46,720 nt of DNA from an uncultured Candidatus Saccharibacteria bacterium (GCA_964629815.1 CAZVTA010000003.1:1-46720), one strand, 5' to 3'; positions 24,002 to 31,994 are shown, numbered from the stretch's first letter. The notes: generated from the letters alone by a model not told the origin. Numbers and translations are program-made.

Positions 24002-25657
24002 GTGGCTCGTATAATATTTTATGATTGTTCGGATTTAGATGTTGCACAACTCAAGGCAAGTGCCAAAGAGCTGGGGCATCAGTTGGTGTTTAAATCAGAA
24101 CAGCTTACCCCTGAAACGGTCGACAAAAAAGCCGATGTTGTGAGTGTTTTTGTTTCGAGCAATATAAATGAGGCGTTGTTCGATCTTATGCCGAACGTTC
24201 GGCATATTGCTTGTCGCTCGACTGGCTTCGACAATGTAGATATTGCTGCGGCCGATAAGCGGGGAATTGTCGTAACCAATGTTCCTTCGTACGGCGAACA
24301 CACAGTTGCCGAGTATGTTTTTACATTGCTTCTGGCGCTGAGTCGAAAGTTACCTGCAAGTTTGGCTGGCGTAAAATCGGGCAAGATTGTTCAAACGGAA
24401 TACACTGGATTTGATCTGAATAGTAAGGTAATGGGTATTGTGGGGGCGGGTAAAATCGGACGTCGTGTTGCCGAAATTGCCAATGGTTTTGGCATGCATG
24501 TGTTGGCGTATGATCCTTTTGCAGATCCGGCATTGGCCGAAGCGTCGCACTTTACCTATGTTTCACTCGATGAACTGCTGAAAAACAGCGATGTTATATC
24601 GTTGCACGTCCCACAGACACCAGACAATGTGCACCTTATTAATAAAGCAGCATTATCAAAAATGAAAAAGTCCGCAGTGCTTGTTAATACGGCCAGGGGC
24701 GGCATTGTAGATACCGAAGCGCTCATTAATGCGCTGGATAAACAGCAGATTGCCGGTGCCGCACTCGATGTACTAGAAGGTGAACAGTTGCTGAAAGTTC
24801 AAGAAGAGCTGTTGTTGCTCAGACAAGCGCATGTCGACGCCAAGATGCTTAAACTCAGTGCAGAACTTAAAGTGCTCGAAGCTATGCCAAATGTAATTAT
24901 TACGCCGCATAGTGCATTTAACACCGTAGAGGCTATCGGACGTATCAACAAAACCGCGATCGATAACATTAGCGCCGTCTTAATTGGCAAGCCCATTAAT
25001 GTTGTTAAGACTATTACCGCTCATCCAGGAAAGTTGATTATTATGCGGCATGGCGAAAGTGAATGGAATGCGCTTGGAGTTTGGACGGGTTCGAGGGATG
25101 TGCATTTAAGCGAGAAGGGTTTTAAAGAAGCGGCTTTACTTGGAAGACAAGTTACCGACATATCGTTCGATATTTCGTTTACCAGCCAGCAAATACGGGC
25201 GCTCGAAACGCTCGAAGGTGTACTCGATTCTTCGCAACAGTTTGACGTGCCTATCGAGCGTTCGCCGGCGCTGAATGAGCGTGATTACGGTGACTATACC
25301 GGCAAGAACAAGTGGCAGGTTAAAGAGCAACTCGGCGAAGAAGAATTTGATAAACTGCGCAGAGACTGGGATTATCCGGTGCCAAATGGCGAAACGCTCA
25401 AGGACGTTTACGATCGCGCTGTGCCTTTTTATCAGCAGCGGGTGGTGCCGCAATTGATGGCAGGGAAAGACGTGTTGATTGTATCTCATGGTAATGCCAT
25501 CCGTGCACTCATGAAATATATTGAATCTATTTCCGATCAAGATATTGCCAACACTGAAATGATTTTTGGAAAAATTCTCATCTACGATGTGGATGCTCAA
25601 GGTAAAACGACCAAAAAAGAAGAGCGGGCGATCGAAACTGAACTGCCACCGGCCTAG
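24002..25657 (+). CDS. Fusion protein: D-isomer-specific 2-hydroxyacid dehydrogenase (SerA/LdhA-like) with 2,3-BPG-dependent phosphoglycerate mutase (GpmA-like)
   Basis: N-terminal part: GIVGAGKIGRRVA (GxGxxG), NTARGG, ITPHSAF. C-terminal part from about aa 340: LIIMRHGESEWN, ERDYGDYTG, SHGNAIRAL. It is one uninterrupted ORF. GTG start 8 nt after TATAAT 23988-23993. Confidence 0.85.
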   Translation: MARIIFYDCSDLDVAQLKASAKELGHQLVFKSEQLTPETVDKKADVVSVFVSSNINEALFDLMPNVRHIACRSTGFDNVDIAAADKRGIVVTNVPSYGEHTVAEYVFTLLLALSRKLPASLAGVKSGKIVQTEYTGFDLNSKVMGIVGAGKIGRRVAEIANGFGMHVLAYDPFADPALAEASHFTYVSLDELLKNSDVISLHVPQTPDNVHLINKAALSKMKKSAVLVNTARGGIVDTEALINALDKQQIAGAALDVLEGEQLLKVQEELLLLRQAHVDAKMLKLSAELKVLEAMPNVIITPHSAFNTVEAIGRINKTAIDNISAVLIGKPINVVKTITAHPGKLIIMRHGESEWNALGVWTGSRDVHLSEKGFKEAALLGRQVTDISFDISFTSQQIRALETLEGVLDSSQQFDVPIERSPALNERDYGDYTGKNKWQVKEQLGEEEFDKLRRDWDYPVPNGETLKDVYDRAVPFYQQRVVPQLMAGKDVLIVSHGNAIRALMKYIESISDQDIANTEMIFGKILIYDVDAQGKTTKKEERAIETELPPA

Positions 25658-25706
25658 CAAGCAGCATTTGTTGCGTTGAGACAGACATGCTGCTACAGTT
25701 GGTTGA

Positions 25707-26096
25707 ATGAACGATGTCTTTAGAAGAATTTCTCAGAGGGTAGCACTCGTTGTCGGTAGTGCGCGTGCGTTTATCGTAGCGCTTATTATTGTTATCGTGT
25801 GGGCGCTTGCGGGGCCTATTTTTCACTATTCAGATACATGGCAGTTGGTCATTAATACCGGAACAACTATTGGCACATTTCTTATCGTATTTCTTATTCA
25901 GAATACACAAAACAGAGATACGCGTGCCATACACTTAAAACTCGATGAGCTTATCAACGTTAATAAACGGGCGTCGGATCGATACGTTGACCTCGAGGAT
26001 TTAAGCGACGAAGAATTGGATCGTTTACACAAACATTTCAAACAGATGCATGATAGGGTCGAAGCCCATAGACATAGTCGTCGAGCTAAGCAATAA
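25707..26096 (+). CDS. Low-affinity iron permease family protein
   Basis: SDTWQLVINTGTTIGTFLIVFLIQNTQNRDTRAIHLKLDELI matches my recollection of the family signature. Confidence 0.7.
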   Translation: MNDVFRRISQRVALVVGSARAFIVALIIVIVWALAGPIFHYSDTWQLVINTGTTIGTFLIVFLIQNTQNRDTRAIHLKLDELINVNKRASDRYVDLEDLSDEELDRLHKHFKQMHDRVEAHRHSRRAKQ

Positions 26097-26137
26097 TTGG
26101 TGGCACATCGGCCCTAGCAATAGCTGCTTATATCTGT

Positions 26138-26143
26138 TATAAT
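26138..26143 (+). promoter_or_regulatory. -10 element (TATAAT) upstream of the tRNA-Arg locus
   Basis: TATAAT lies 11 nt before the first tRNA-like sequence, with a weak -35 (TAGCAA) at 17-nt spacing. Confidence 0.4.
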
Positions 26144-26154
26144 TTGCCGGTCGC

Positions 26155-26200
26155 GCACCGGTAGCTCAGTGGATACTGGTCTCTGTCTTCGGAACAGAGG
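26155..26200 (+). pseudogene. Partial 5' copy (46 nt) of tRNA-Arg(UCG) with a disrupted D stem
   Basis: Identical to 26329-26374 except for an 8-nt substitution (ACTGGTCT versus TAGAGCAT). No T arm or acceptor 3' strand follows. Confidence 0.6.
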
Positions 26201-26328
26201 TGAGAACAATCAGTGATTGTTCGCAAGGCAACCTTCACTTGCAAACTTGTTTGCATAGCAGAAGTTGCGGGGTCGCCAAAGGTGACCGGGCCGACCCGAT
26301 TAAAATATAGGTTCGTTTGTAGAAATAA

Positions 26329-26405
26329 GCACCGGTAGCTCAGTGGATTAGAGCATCTGTCTTCGGAACAGAGGGTCGGGGGTTCGAATCCCTCCCGGTG
26401 TACCA
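26329..26405 (+). tRNA. tRNA-Arg(UCG), CCA encoded
   Basis: GCACCGG acceptor, GCTC-AGTGGATTA-GAGC, TCTGT-CTTCGGA-ACAGA (anticodon TCG), GGGGG-TTCGAAT-CCCTC, CCGGTGT, A, CCA. Confidence 0.9.
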
Positions 26406-26419
26406 GGTAAAATATCAAG

Positions 26420-26439
26420 CCATCCATTCGGATGGTTTT
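26420..26439 (+). terminator. Intrinsic terminator after tRNA-Arg(UCG)
   Basis: CCATCC-ATTC-GGATGG followed by TTTT. Confidence 0.6.
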
Positions 26440-26574
26440 ATATTTTAGCTCGATGTATCGAGCACGGATTTGAACCCCCTATGTTCGGCGTAGCAATACC
26501 ACGCGCAGATACTTGTATCGAGCATGGTAGAGCGGAGGAGCCGCGAAGGCGGCGATATCCCTCCCGGTGTACCA
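26440..26574 (+). repeat. tRNA-3'-end-capped element, copy B (Arg-linked, divergent)
   Basis: Ends (26557-26574) in an exact 18-nt copy of tRNA positions 26388-26405 including CCA. Shares GAGCA.G..GAGGA and a GCCGC..GGC.GC hairpin with copy A. Confidence 0.45.
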
Positions 26575-26582
26575 CGAAAATG

Positions 26583-26607
26583 CCTCGACTTCTTGTCGGG
26601 GATTTTT
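26583..26607 (+). terminator. Intrinsic terminator after element copy B
   Basis: CCTCGAC-TTCTT-GTCGGGG followed by ATTTTT. Confidence 0.6.
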
Positions 26608-26647
26608 CGTACTTGCGAAAGAACTATGTATCGTTAATACTGGGGCT

Positions 26648-26989
26648 ATGTTTAGAAGAAGCAAGCCGCGTGTGCCAATATATAAACAAGCAGCATGCCT
26701 CGGAGAACAGTGTCCCGCTTATAACGGAACCGGTTGTGAATCAAGGCTAGAGCTACTTGAGGCTACTGGAAGATCTGGTGGCACTGACCGTGGTCCAGAA
26801 GTAGAAGACTGCTCGTTTGCACTCTATGGCCGTGTTTGTATGGGTGGAGCCGAACAGGTCGTTGTTGAAAGAATCGCAGAATCTCCCAATGGCCACGCAA
26901 GCGCCATGGAAATGGTGGGCCGTATGGCTCGAACCGACGGCACTAGAATTGTTCTAACGACACCACCAGAAGCGGTTAAATTTGATTAG
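26648..26989 (+). CDS. Hypothetical Cys-containing small protein
   Basis: ORF trimmed to the first ATG downstream of the terminator. No motif. Confidence 0.4.
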   Translation: MFRRSKPRVPIYKQAACLGEQCPAYNGTGCESRLELLEATGRSGGTDRGPEVEDCSFALYGRVCMGGAEQVVVERIAESPNGHASAMEMVGRMARTDGTRIVLTTPPEAVKFD

Positions 26990-27020
26990 TTTTGATATTA
27001 TGACTATATGTTACTAAGCG

Positions 27021-27443
27021 ATGGGCCCCATGATTAATTCAATGCCACTACCAAACAGACAGGAGATATGGGGTCGACTAAGCCCAGAGCGTATAGCTCG
27101 TGCCCAGGAAACTATGGCGCGTTTTGCAACACAACGCGCGCAGGTCGAAGTGCCTATGCCTGAAAATTTTGATCTCGTAATATCGGGCATACCAGATTTT
27201 GTTGGTAAGACGCGTGCCGATGGCACGGTGGCGCTTCGACGTGTTTGGCTGCCTCGGCGACATCTGCTTGTAGAGCAAGTAGTGGAGCCACTAGATACAA
27301 AACTGTTGTATGGTTCGTTAGACGGCCCTACCGCAGACGATAGAAGTGTGGCGCTTTTTAAATTAATTACCCAAGCCCCGCGGATAATTGGCATTTTCGA
27401 AGACAGGCTACCCAAAACCACACCTCGCTCTATGCGCATATAA
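27021..27443 (+). CDS. Hypothetical protein
   Basis: A mirror ORF exists on the minus strand. The plus strand is preferred because it is co-oriented with both neighbours. Confidence 0.4.
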   Translation: MGPMINSMPLPNRQEIWGRLSPERIARAQETMARFATQRAQVEVPMPENFDLVISGIPDFVGKTRADGTVALRRVWLPRRHLLVEQVVEPLDTKLLYGSLDGPTADDRSVALFKLITQAPRIIGIFEDRLPKTTPRSMRI

Positions 27444-27472
27444 ACTGCTTACGCATATGGTACTATGAACAC

Positions 27473-28030
27473 GTGAAAAGACCGTACAGACAAAACAATA
27501 ATAAAGTTCCGCTTAGAGATCATATTTTTATTATCACGGTTCTTGTTATTGTCGTCGCTCCTCTGGTGTATTTGTTCTACGCTGCAACGCTTCAGCTACA
27601 GATAGAGGCGTGGCAAAACGCACGATATCTGAGCGGCATTACTATCGTGCAAGGTCAGAAAACAAAAGCAACTGCGCAGCCCGATGGAGACTTTTTAACG
27701 GGATCGAGCTCTCCGGCTTACGCAGAGTTTAAAGTTAACGGCATGCTTGAAGATGTACATAGGCAGACGGCCGCTAATCTTACGCCACTTGGTTATAGAA
27801 CTGACGGATACGCGGATACATCGGATACCGACAGTGGCAGTGTTCGTAAGGTAGCAATAAAGATGACAAAAGGCACAAAGAGTATTGTACTTGAATATAA
27901 TTTCGAAAAGTCAATCATATGTGAATACAATCAAAAGCCATGCAATTTTGACGGATACGTAGACATAAACTCGAGCGGTCTAAAAGACACAAAAATAAAT
28001 ATGATTAAGGTTTTTTACGACAATAACTAG
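27473..28030 (+). CDS. N-terminally membrane-anchored hypothetical protein
   Basis: TM segment IFIITVLVIVVAPLVYLFY. GTG start 6 nt after TGgTACTAT (extended -10). Confidence 0.5.
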   Translation: MKRPYRQNNNKVPLRDHIFIITVLVIVVAPLVYLFYAATLQLQIEAWQNARYLSGITIVQGQKTKATAQPDGDFLTGSSSPAYAEFKVNGMLEDVHRQTAANLTPLGYRTDGYADTSDTDSGSVRKVAIKMTKGTKSIVLEYNFEKSIICEYNQKPCNFDGYVDINSSGLKDTKINMIKVFYDNN

Positions 28031-28051
28031 GGGAACAAGTTTCGCTTTCGT

Positions 28052-28609
28052 TTATTCGGACTGCAAATATGTACGTAGTTTATTGAATGCTTCGGTTCGC
28101 ATACTGAACTGGGGCTTAAAGTCATCGCCCATTTCTGCAAAGGTTTCATTGAGACCGTCTGGTTGAAAGATTTCGTCCCATCCAAAGCCGTCGTTGCCTT
28201 GCGGTAGGACGATTTTACCCTCTTGAGTTCCTTCAAAATACACTGGTTTATTTTTCCCATCTGCATAGCCAATAACGGTCTTGGCTACGGCTCGAGTATT
28301 TTCTAATCGCTGAGCAAGCTCGTATATGCCTTTATTGCCAAGCGATTTTCTTAACCATTTTACGAGTGGTCCAGGGAATCCATTCATACCTTCGAGGTAT
28401 AGTGAAGTATCCTCTACGATATATCGACCCGGTGCATGTTTTGCTGCCGCTTCTAGCTTTTTCGCGATAATGAATTCAGGATCGAGTGATTGTTCTTCGG
28501 GAAGAATAATATTTATTTGTTCTATTTCAGGAATTAGGTTTTTTGCTTCTTTAAATTTTCCGGGGTTGCCGGTTACAAAATATAGTGTGTTCATAGGGGT
28601 ATTATACAT
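28052..28609 (-). CDS. Non-canonical purine NTP pyrophosphatase (HAM1/ITPA/RdgB family)
   Basis: FVTGNPGKF.EA, VEDTSL, FPGP, GFGWD.IF.P and FAEM are present. Confidence 0.85.
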   Translation of the reverse strand: MYNTPMNTLYFVTGNPGKFKEAKNLIPEIEQINIILPEEQSLDPEFIIAKKLEAAAKHAPGRYIVEDTSLYLEGMNGFPGPLVKWLRKSLGNKGIYELAQRLENTRAVAKTVIGYADGKNKPVYFEGTQEGKIVLPQGNDGFGWDEIFQPDGLNETFAEMGDDFKPQFSMRTEAFNKLRTYLQSE

Positions 28610-29174
28610 CCGTTAGTGAGCTTATAAGGTGAATTATGTGGGAAGCGATGGGCTGTAGATCTTGTAGGGAACTTTTGACGGTAAATTTTCCAATAAAATG
28701 TTCGGGGTGCATTGCGTAAATATGTTGATATCTCTGCCGGTATTGCTCTAAAGATTCTGCCTGAAGCCATGCGGCAGTGTAGCCACGCTGGGCAATTCTT
28801 TGTGCATGAGTTGGAGGTGAGGTAAAAAGTATGGTCGGTACAAAATTATTGCCCCACAGTTCATTGATATTCGGGACGCGGTACGCTTGGGTGAATGCTG
28901 TTGGCCAATGTCTGTCAAAGATCAAGACGTCGGTCTTGTTGTCGCGTGCTTGTGCTGTTGCCTCGTCGATAGTGTCATGCAGCAGCGAAACCGCCTCTGC
29001 AGGATTGCTTTCCCAAAGCGGGTAGATATCTTCGAGGGTTAACTTCTTGCGTACCATATGATACGGTGCGACGGTTTGTACGTTTAGCTCCTCCTGAGTA
29101 AGTTCAGTAACGACACGGTCTATACACGGTGTTTTGCCGGATCCATTTATGCCGTCTATTGCGAGTATTTTCAT
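28602..29174 (-). CDS. Thymidylate-kinase-like P-loop kinase, paralog 1
   Basis: IAIDGINGSGKT P-loop and FDRHWPTAF (DRx region). Clearly paralogous to 30058..30624. Confidence 0.65.
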   Translation of the reverse strand: MKILAIDGINGSGKTPCIDRVVTELTQEELNVQTVAPYHMVRKKLTLEDIYPLWESNPAEAVSLLHDTIDEATAQARDNKTDVLIFDRHWPTAFTQAYRVPNINELWGNNFVPTILFTSPPTHAQRIAQRGYTAAWLQAESLEQYRQRYQHIYAMHPEHFIGKFTVKSSLQDLQPIASHIIHLISSLTDV

Positions 29175-29179
29175 AGTAT

Positions 29180-30082
29180 TTATCCGTTTGTCTTAGGTAA
29201 TGAAGCTGGTTCGCCAACAATTTGTACAAATTCTTGCCACTTTTGTAGTACTCGATCAGAAGAGCCCCCTTGCCTCCAAACGTCTTTGTCGAGCGATGAT
29301 CCATCGTGGGCACGTACTCGCATACAGTCTGGGCTGATTTCGCCAAACAGTAGCTCGCCGTCTTCGCTAATAAAGAAGCACATATCGACGAGTTCGAGCT
29401 GCTTCGTTTCTAGAAAACTGCGAAGTCCTTCAAAAGCGATTGTGGCGGTATGTTTTGCTCGTCCGGTATCGATAAACCAGTTTGCGATTGTTTCGGGGAG
29501 TATCTCGTCTGCCAATCGCTCGCCAGTTTGGGGGTGATTCATGGGGTTACGCCAATCAAAGCGAATTACGGTTTGAGGGTAGGCTTCCTCTGCTGCTATA
29601 GATTGTCCGTGTCTCGTTGGGTAGGCTCCAAAGTTGTAGTAACGGTGTTTTGAGGTCCCGGTGTGACGGGCTTTGGCAATTACTTCAATTGGCGGTGCTT
29701 TGGGCAGTGCGTTAATTTGTTCGCGGGTTAGATCAGGCGGGAGAAACTGATAACCCTGTTCTGTCGGTGGCTGAAGTACAAGCTTAGACAATATCCATTT
29801 GTTGGTTACATCTATATATGAATGCTTGAGCCCAAGCGCTTCGATACATGGTAAGAGCTGTTGGATTGCTTTTAGGCGGAGTGTATCGCTACCGGCTATA
29901 GTGCCGGTGCGGTTATGGGTGTAGCTGTAAATGGTTGGCTTGAGTCTAATGACGACATTACCGTTGCCGGCATAGCGCACCTCTTTGCTTTCGCCTTCAA
30001 CAACCAATGGGAGCTGTTCAAAATCTTGGGCTTCTAGTGTGTGAATATCCATAGTTTTTACCGAGTTATGTTCATGTCCCAT
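29180..30082 (-). CDS. SAICAR-synthetase (PurC)-like ligase, divergent
   Basis: EGESKEVR (cf. GKAKTVY), IEVIAKARHTGTS (cf. VECVVRNRAAGS), LELVDMCFFISEDGELLFGEISPDCMRV and LDKDVWRQ (cf. LVDFKLEFG...GDEFSPDGSRLW, DKDRFRQ). The start could instead be ATG 30052. Confidence 0.6.
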   Translation of the reverse strand: MGHEHNSVKTMDIHTLEAQDFEQLPLVVEGESKEVRYAGNGNVVIRLKPTIYSYTHNRTGTIAGSDTLRLKAIQQLLPCIEALGLKHSYIDVTNKWILSKLVLQPPTEQGYQFLPPDLTREQINALPKAPPIEVIAKARHTGTSKHRYYNFGAYPTRHGQSIAAEEAYPQTVIRFDWRNPMNHPQTGERLADEILPETIANWFIDTGRAKHTATIAFEGLRSFLETKQLELVDMCFFISEDGELLFGEISPDCMRVRAHDGSSLDKDVWRQGGSSDRVLQKWQEFVQIVGEPASLPKTNG

Positions 30083-30624
30083 GCAATATTTCGAGCAATA
30101 CTTCCCGGAGTTACATCTGTGTCATTTCGATAAACGCCGAGTAGATGTTGTCCGTATTTACTGCATAGTTGTTCGTACTTTTCGGCGTACCCCCGAAGTC
30201 CTTCTGGGCTCATCCACGCCTCGTGACAATCATTTCGCGCACGTTGCTGTGCGAGAGTGGGGTTGGCTCGTAGAAGGGCAGTCGGAACAAAGGTGGCGCC
30301 CCATTCTGATACGAGTGCAGGCCTGTCGGCAATTTCTGTAAATGCTGTCATCCAGTGTCTGTCGTAAATTAGCACGTCAAGCCCGGCTTTTTCTGCGCAA
30401 ACTTCAGTGAGCTCAAGTACATTTTTCAGCACGCCAATCGCTCGTTTTGCACCAATCTCGTTTTGCCAAAGAGGGTACAAATCGCCTCCGTACTCTTTGC
30501 TCGCAAGTCTGTATGGCGAAACCACGCCGACACAAAGCCCTTGGCCCCTGAGTTCGTCTTTTAAGGCTTCGGCTACGGTAGTCTTGCCGCTCCCATCAAT
30601 ACCCTCAATTGCTATGCTTCTCAT
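30058..30624 (-). CDS. Thymidylate-kinase-like P-loop kinase, paralog 2
   Basis: MRSIAIEGIDGSGKTT and YDRHWMTAF. AAAGGAGA SD 4 nt upstream of ATG 30624. The longer ORF-track N-terminus is rejected. Confidence 0.7.
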   Translation of the reverse strand: MRSIAIEGIDGSGKTTVAEALKDELRGQGLCVGVVSPYRLASKEYGGDLYPLWQNEIGAKRAIGVLKNVLELTEVCAEKAGLDVLIYDRHWMTAFTEIADRPALVSEWGATFVPTALLRANPTLAQQRARNDCHEAWMSPEGLRGYAEKYEQLCSKYGQHLLGVYRNDTDVTPGSIARNIAWDMNITR

Positions 30625-30789
30625 ACGTTCTCCTTTCGGGTTAGATAGCACGATGAATATAGAGCAAAAAGCAATAAAACAAAATGTAAATAAGTCAACA
30701 ACTACCCCTGTTAGGAAACCGTAAGTAGGGAAGTTAACAGGGGTGCATGTTGTAGATAAGTCAATGACGTAGTGTGTCATAATGGGGGA

Positions 30790-31230
30790 ATGAAACATAT
30801 GGTAGCTCCCTCTGTAAATGTGTATGTGGTTAATGACGGGAAAGTTTTACTCAGTAGACGAGCAAATACCGGCTGGAAGGATGGTTTTTTGTGCGCTCCG
30901 GGCGGACACGTGGAACAGGATGAAACGCCTACACGAGCAATGATTCGAGAAATACATGAAGAATTGGGCGTAACAGTGCGACCAGACGATCTGGAATTCT
31001 TGTGTGTCGCAGTGCGCAACACATCACCAACCGAATATGTTGCTTACGAATTTGTGTTGCGAGACTCGGCATATACTTTTAGTAATAACGAACCAGATAA
31101 ATGCTCTGAACTCGTATGGGTAGATCCGGCGCGGCTGCCAGATGATATTATTGAAGATTTTAAGAGTATTATCGAAGGTTCATTAGTAGGTGATGCAAAA
31201 TACCTAGAATTGGGTTACACAGAACAGTAG
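30790..31230 (+). CDS. NUDIX hydrolase
   Basis: Complete Nudix box GGHVEQDETPTRAMIREIHEELGV. The start is ATG 30790 or 30799. Confidence 0.8.
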   Translation: MKHMVAPSVNVYVVNDGKVLLSRRANTGWKDGFLCAPGGHVEQDETPTRAMIREIHEELGVTVRPDDLEFLCVAVRNTSPTEYVAYEFVLRDSAYTFSNNEPDKCSELVWVDPARLPDDIIEDFKSIIEGSLVGDAKYLELGYTEQ

Positions 31231-31270
31231 CTTGTTGCGGTAGACGCAATAATGTCGTAGAGTATAGTTT

Positions 31271-31990
31271 ATGTCTCGGTTAGAATCGCTTATTGCTCAG
31301 CTTGAAGCTGGCCAAGCTTCGTATGTGCCCAATGACGAGGAGCTGGCAAAACTTGGCAGTGTTACTTTTATCCCTATTGTAGGTCCTGCATCTGTAGGAA
31401 AAAACACTGTTATGGACTATGTAAGTGAGCACGACGAAGCGTTTGCGCGTGTAGTTGGTTTTACGACTCGTACGAAGAGACAGGGCGAGCCAGACGGGCA
31501 GTATTTATTCTTGCCTCACGACGAGCCTACGCTCGCTTCATTAGAAGACATGCGTCAGCAACGAGTCTTTGCACAATATGCGGTACACCCGACCACTAAA
31601 AGGGTTTATGGCTCTATGGCGCAAGAGTATGCCAGACCATACATGATGATGGATACACTGTATAACGCTATACCTGCTATGCAGCGGTTGCCATTTAAAA
31701 ACTTCGTGATCGTCAGCCTGGTGTGCGAACCCGAGGTGCTCGAGCAAAGATTTGCCCAGCGATCCGATGAAGCAGAAAAGGCAAAACGCTGGCTCGAGGC
31801 AGAGCAAAGTTTGGCGTGGTCGCTCGAACAGGGCGATGCGGTTGCGTGGGTTGACAATAGCCAGGAGGGAGCGGCGACCGCAGCAGAAGCAGTTATCGCT
31901 GCAGCGCATGGCGAACGTCTATCGACAGATGCACGAAGCATAGGCGAGCGGTTGCACAAATATATCAGTAAAAGAAGAGAACAGGAGTAA
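31271..31990 (+). CDS. Guanylate-kinase-like P-loop kinase
   Basis: IVGPASVGKNT P-loop, FTTRTKRQGEPDGQYLF (cf. Gmk S.TTR.pR.gE.dG.dY.F), and YGS. Confidence 0.65.
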   Translation: MSRLESLIAQLEAGQASYVPNDEELAKLGSVTFIPIVGPASVGKNTVMDYVSEHDEAFARVVGFTTRTKRQGEPDGQYLFLPHDEPTLASLEDMRQQRVFAQYAVHPTTKRVYGSMAQEYARPYMMMDTLYNAIPAMQRLPFKNFVIVSLVCEPEVLEQRFAQRSDEAEKAKRWLEAEQSLAWSLEQGDAVAWVDNSQEGAATAAEAVIAAAHGERLSTDARSIGERLHKYISKRREQE

Positions 31991-31994
31991 TTTT

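Noticed and set aside
25136-25660. 174-aa minus-strand ORF antisense to the dPGM half of the fusion gene
   Set aside because: It lies entirely inside a plus-strand ORF with unmistakable GpmA motifs, and it has no motif of its own.
6150-26143. 9-mer TATCTGTTA seen three times near promoters or tRNAs (about 6154-6162 on the minus strand, 7279-7287, 26131-26139)
   Set aside because: Three occurrences of a 9-mer in 46.7 kb is only mildly above chance. The contexts differ, and one occurrence has no downstream gene in its orientation. This is not enough to call a regulatory motif.
26201-26328. Possibility that the 128-nt structured spacer is a group I or other intron, or that the locus encodes split tRNA halves
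   Set aside because: The downstream tRNA-Arg copy is complete and uninterrupted. The upstream piece duplicates the 5' half rather than complementing it, and I see no matching 3' exon junction. Intron and split-gene models therefore do not fit, and the spacer remains unexplained.
26137-26750. ORFs 26137..26427(-), 26479..26664(-), 26481..26750(+) and the N-terminal part of 26567..26989(+)
   Set aside because: They run through the tRNA-Arg gene, its partial copies and two intrinsic terminators. I kept only the part of the last ORF that lies downstream of the terminator (26648..26989).
27014-27439. 141-aa minus-strand ORF mirroring 27021..27443(+)
   Set aside because: Only one can be real. The plus-strand ORF is co-oriented with both neighbours. 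The minus-strand product is Ser/Arg/Cys-rich, which is typical of an antisense frame. Confidence in the plus-strand call remains low.
30625-30798. 58-aa N-terminal extension of the Tmk-like kinase 2 ORF (track start 30798)
   Set aside because: The extension is hydrophobic and odd in composition. It overlaps the divergent NUDIX start region. A strong AAAGGAGA SD sits 4 nt upstream of the internal ATG 30624, which begins exactly at the P-loop strand (MRSIAIEGIDGSGKT).
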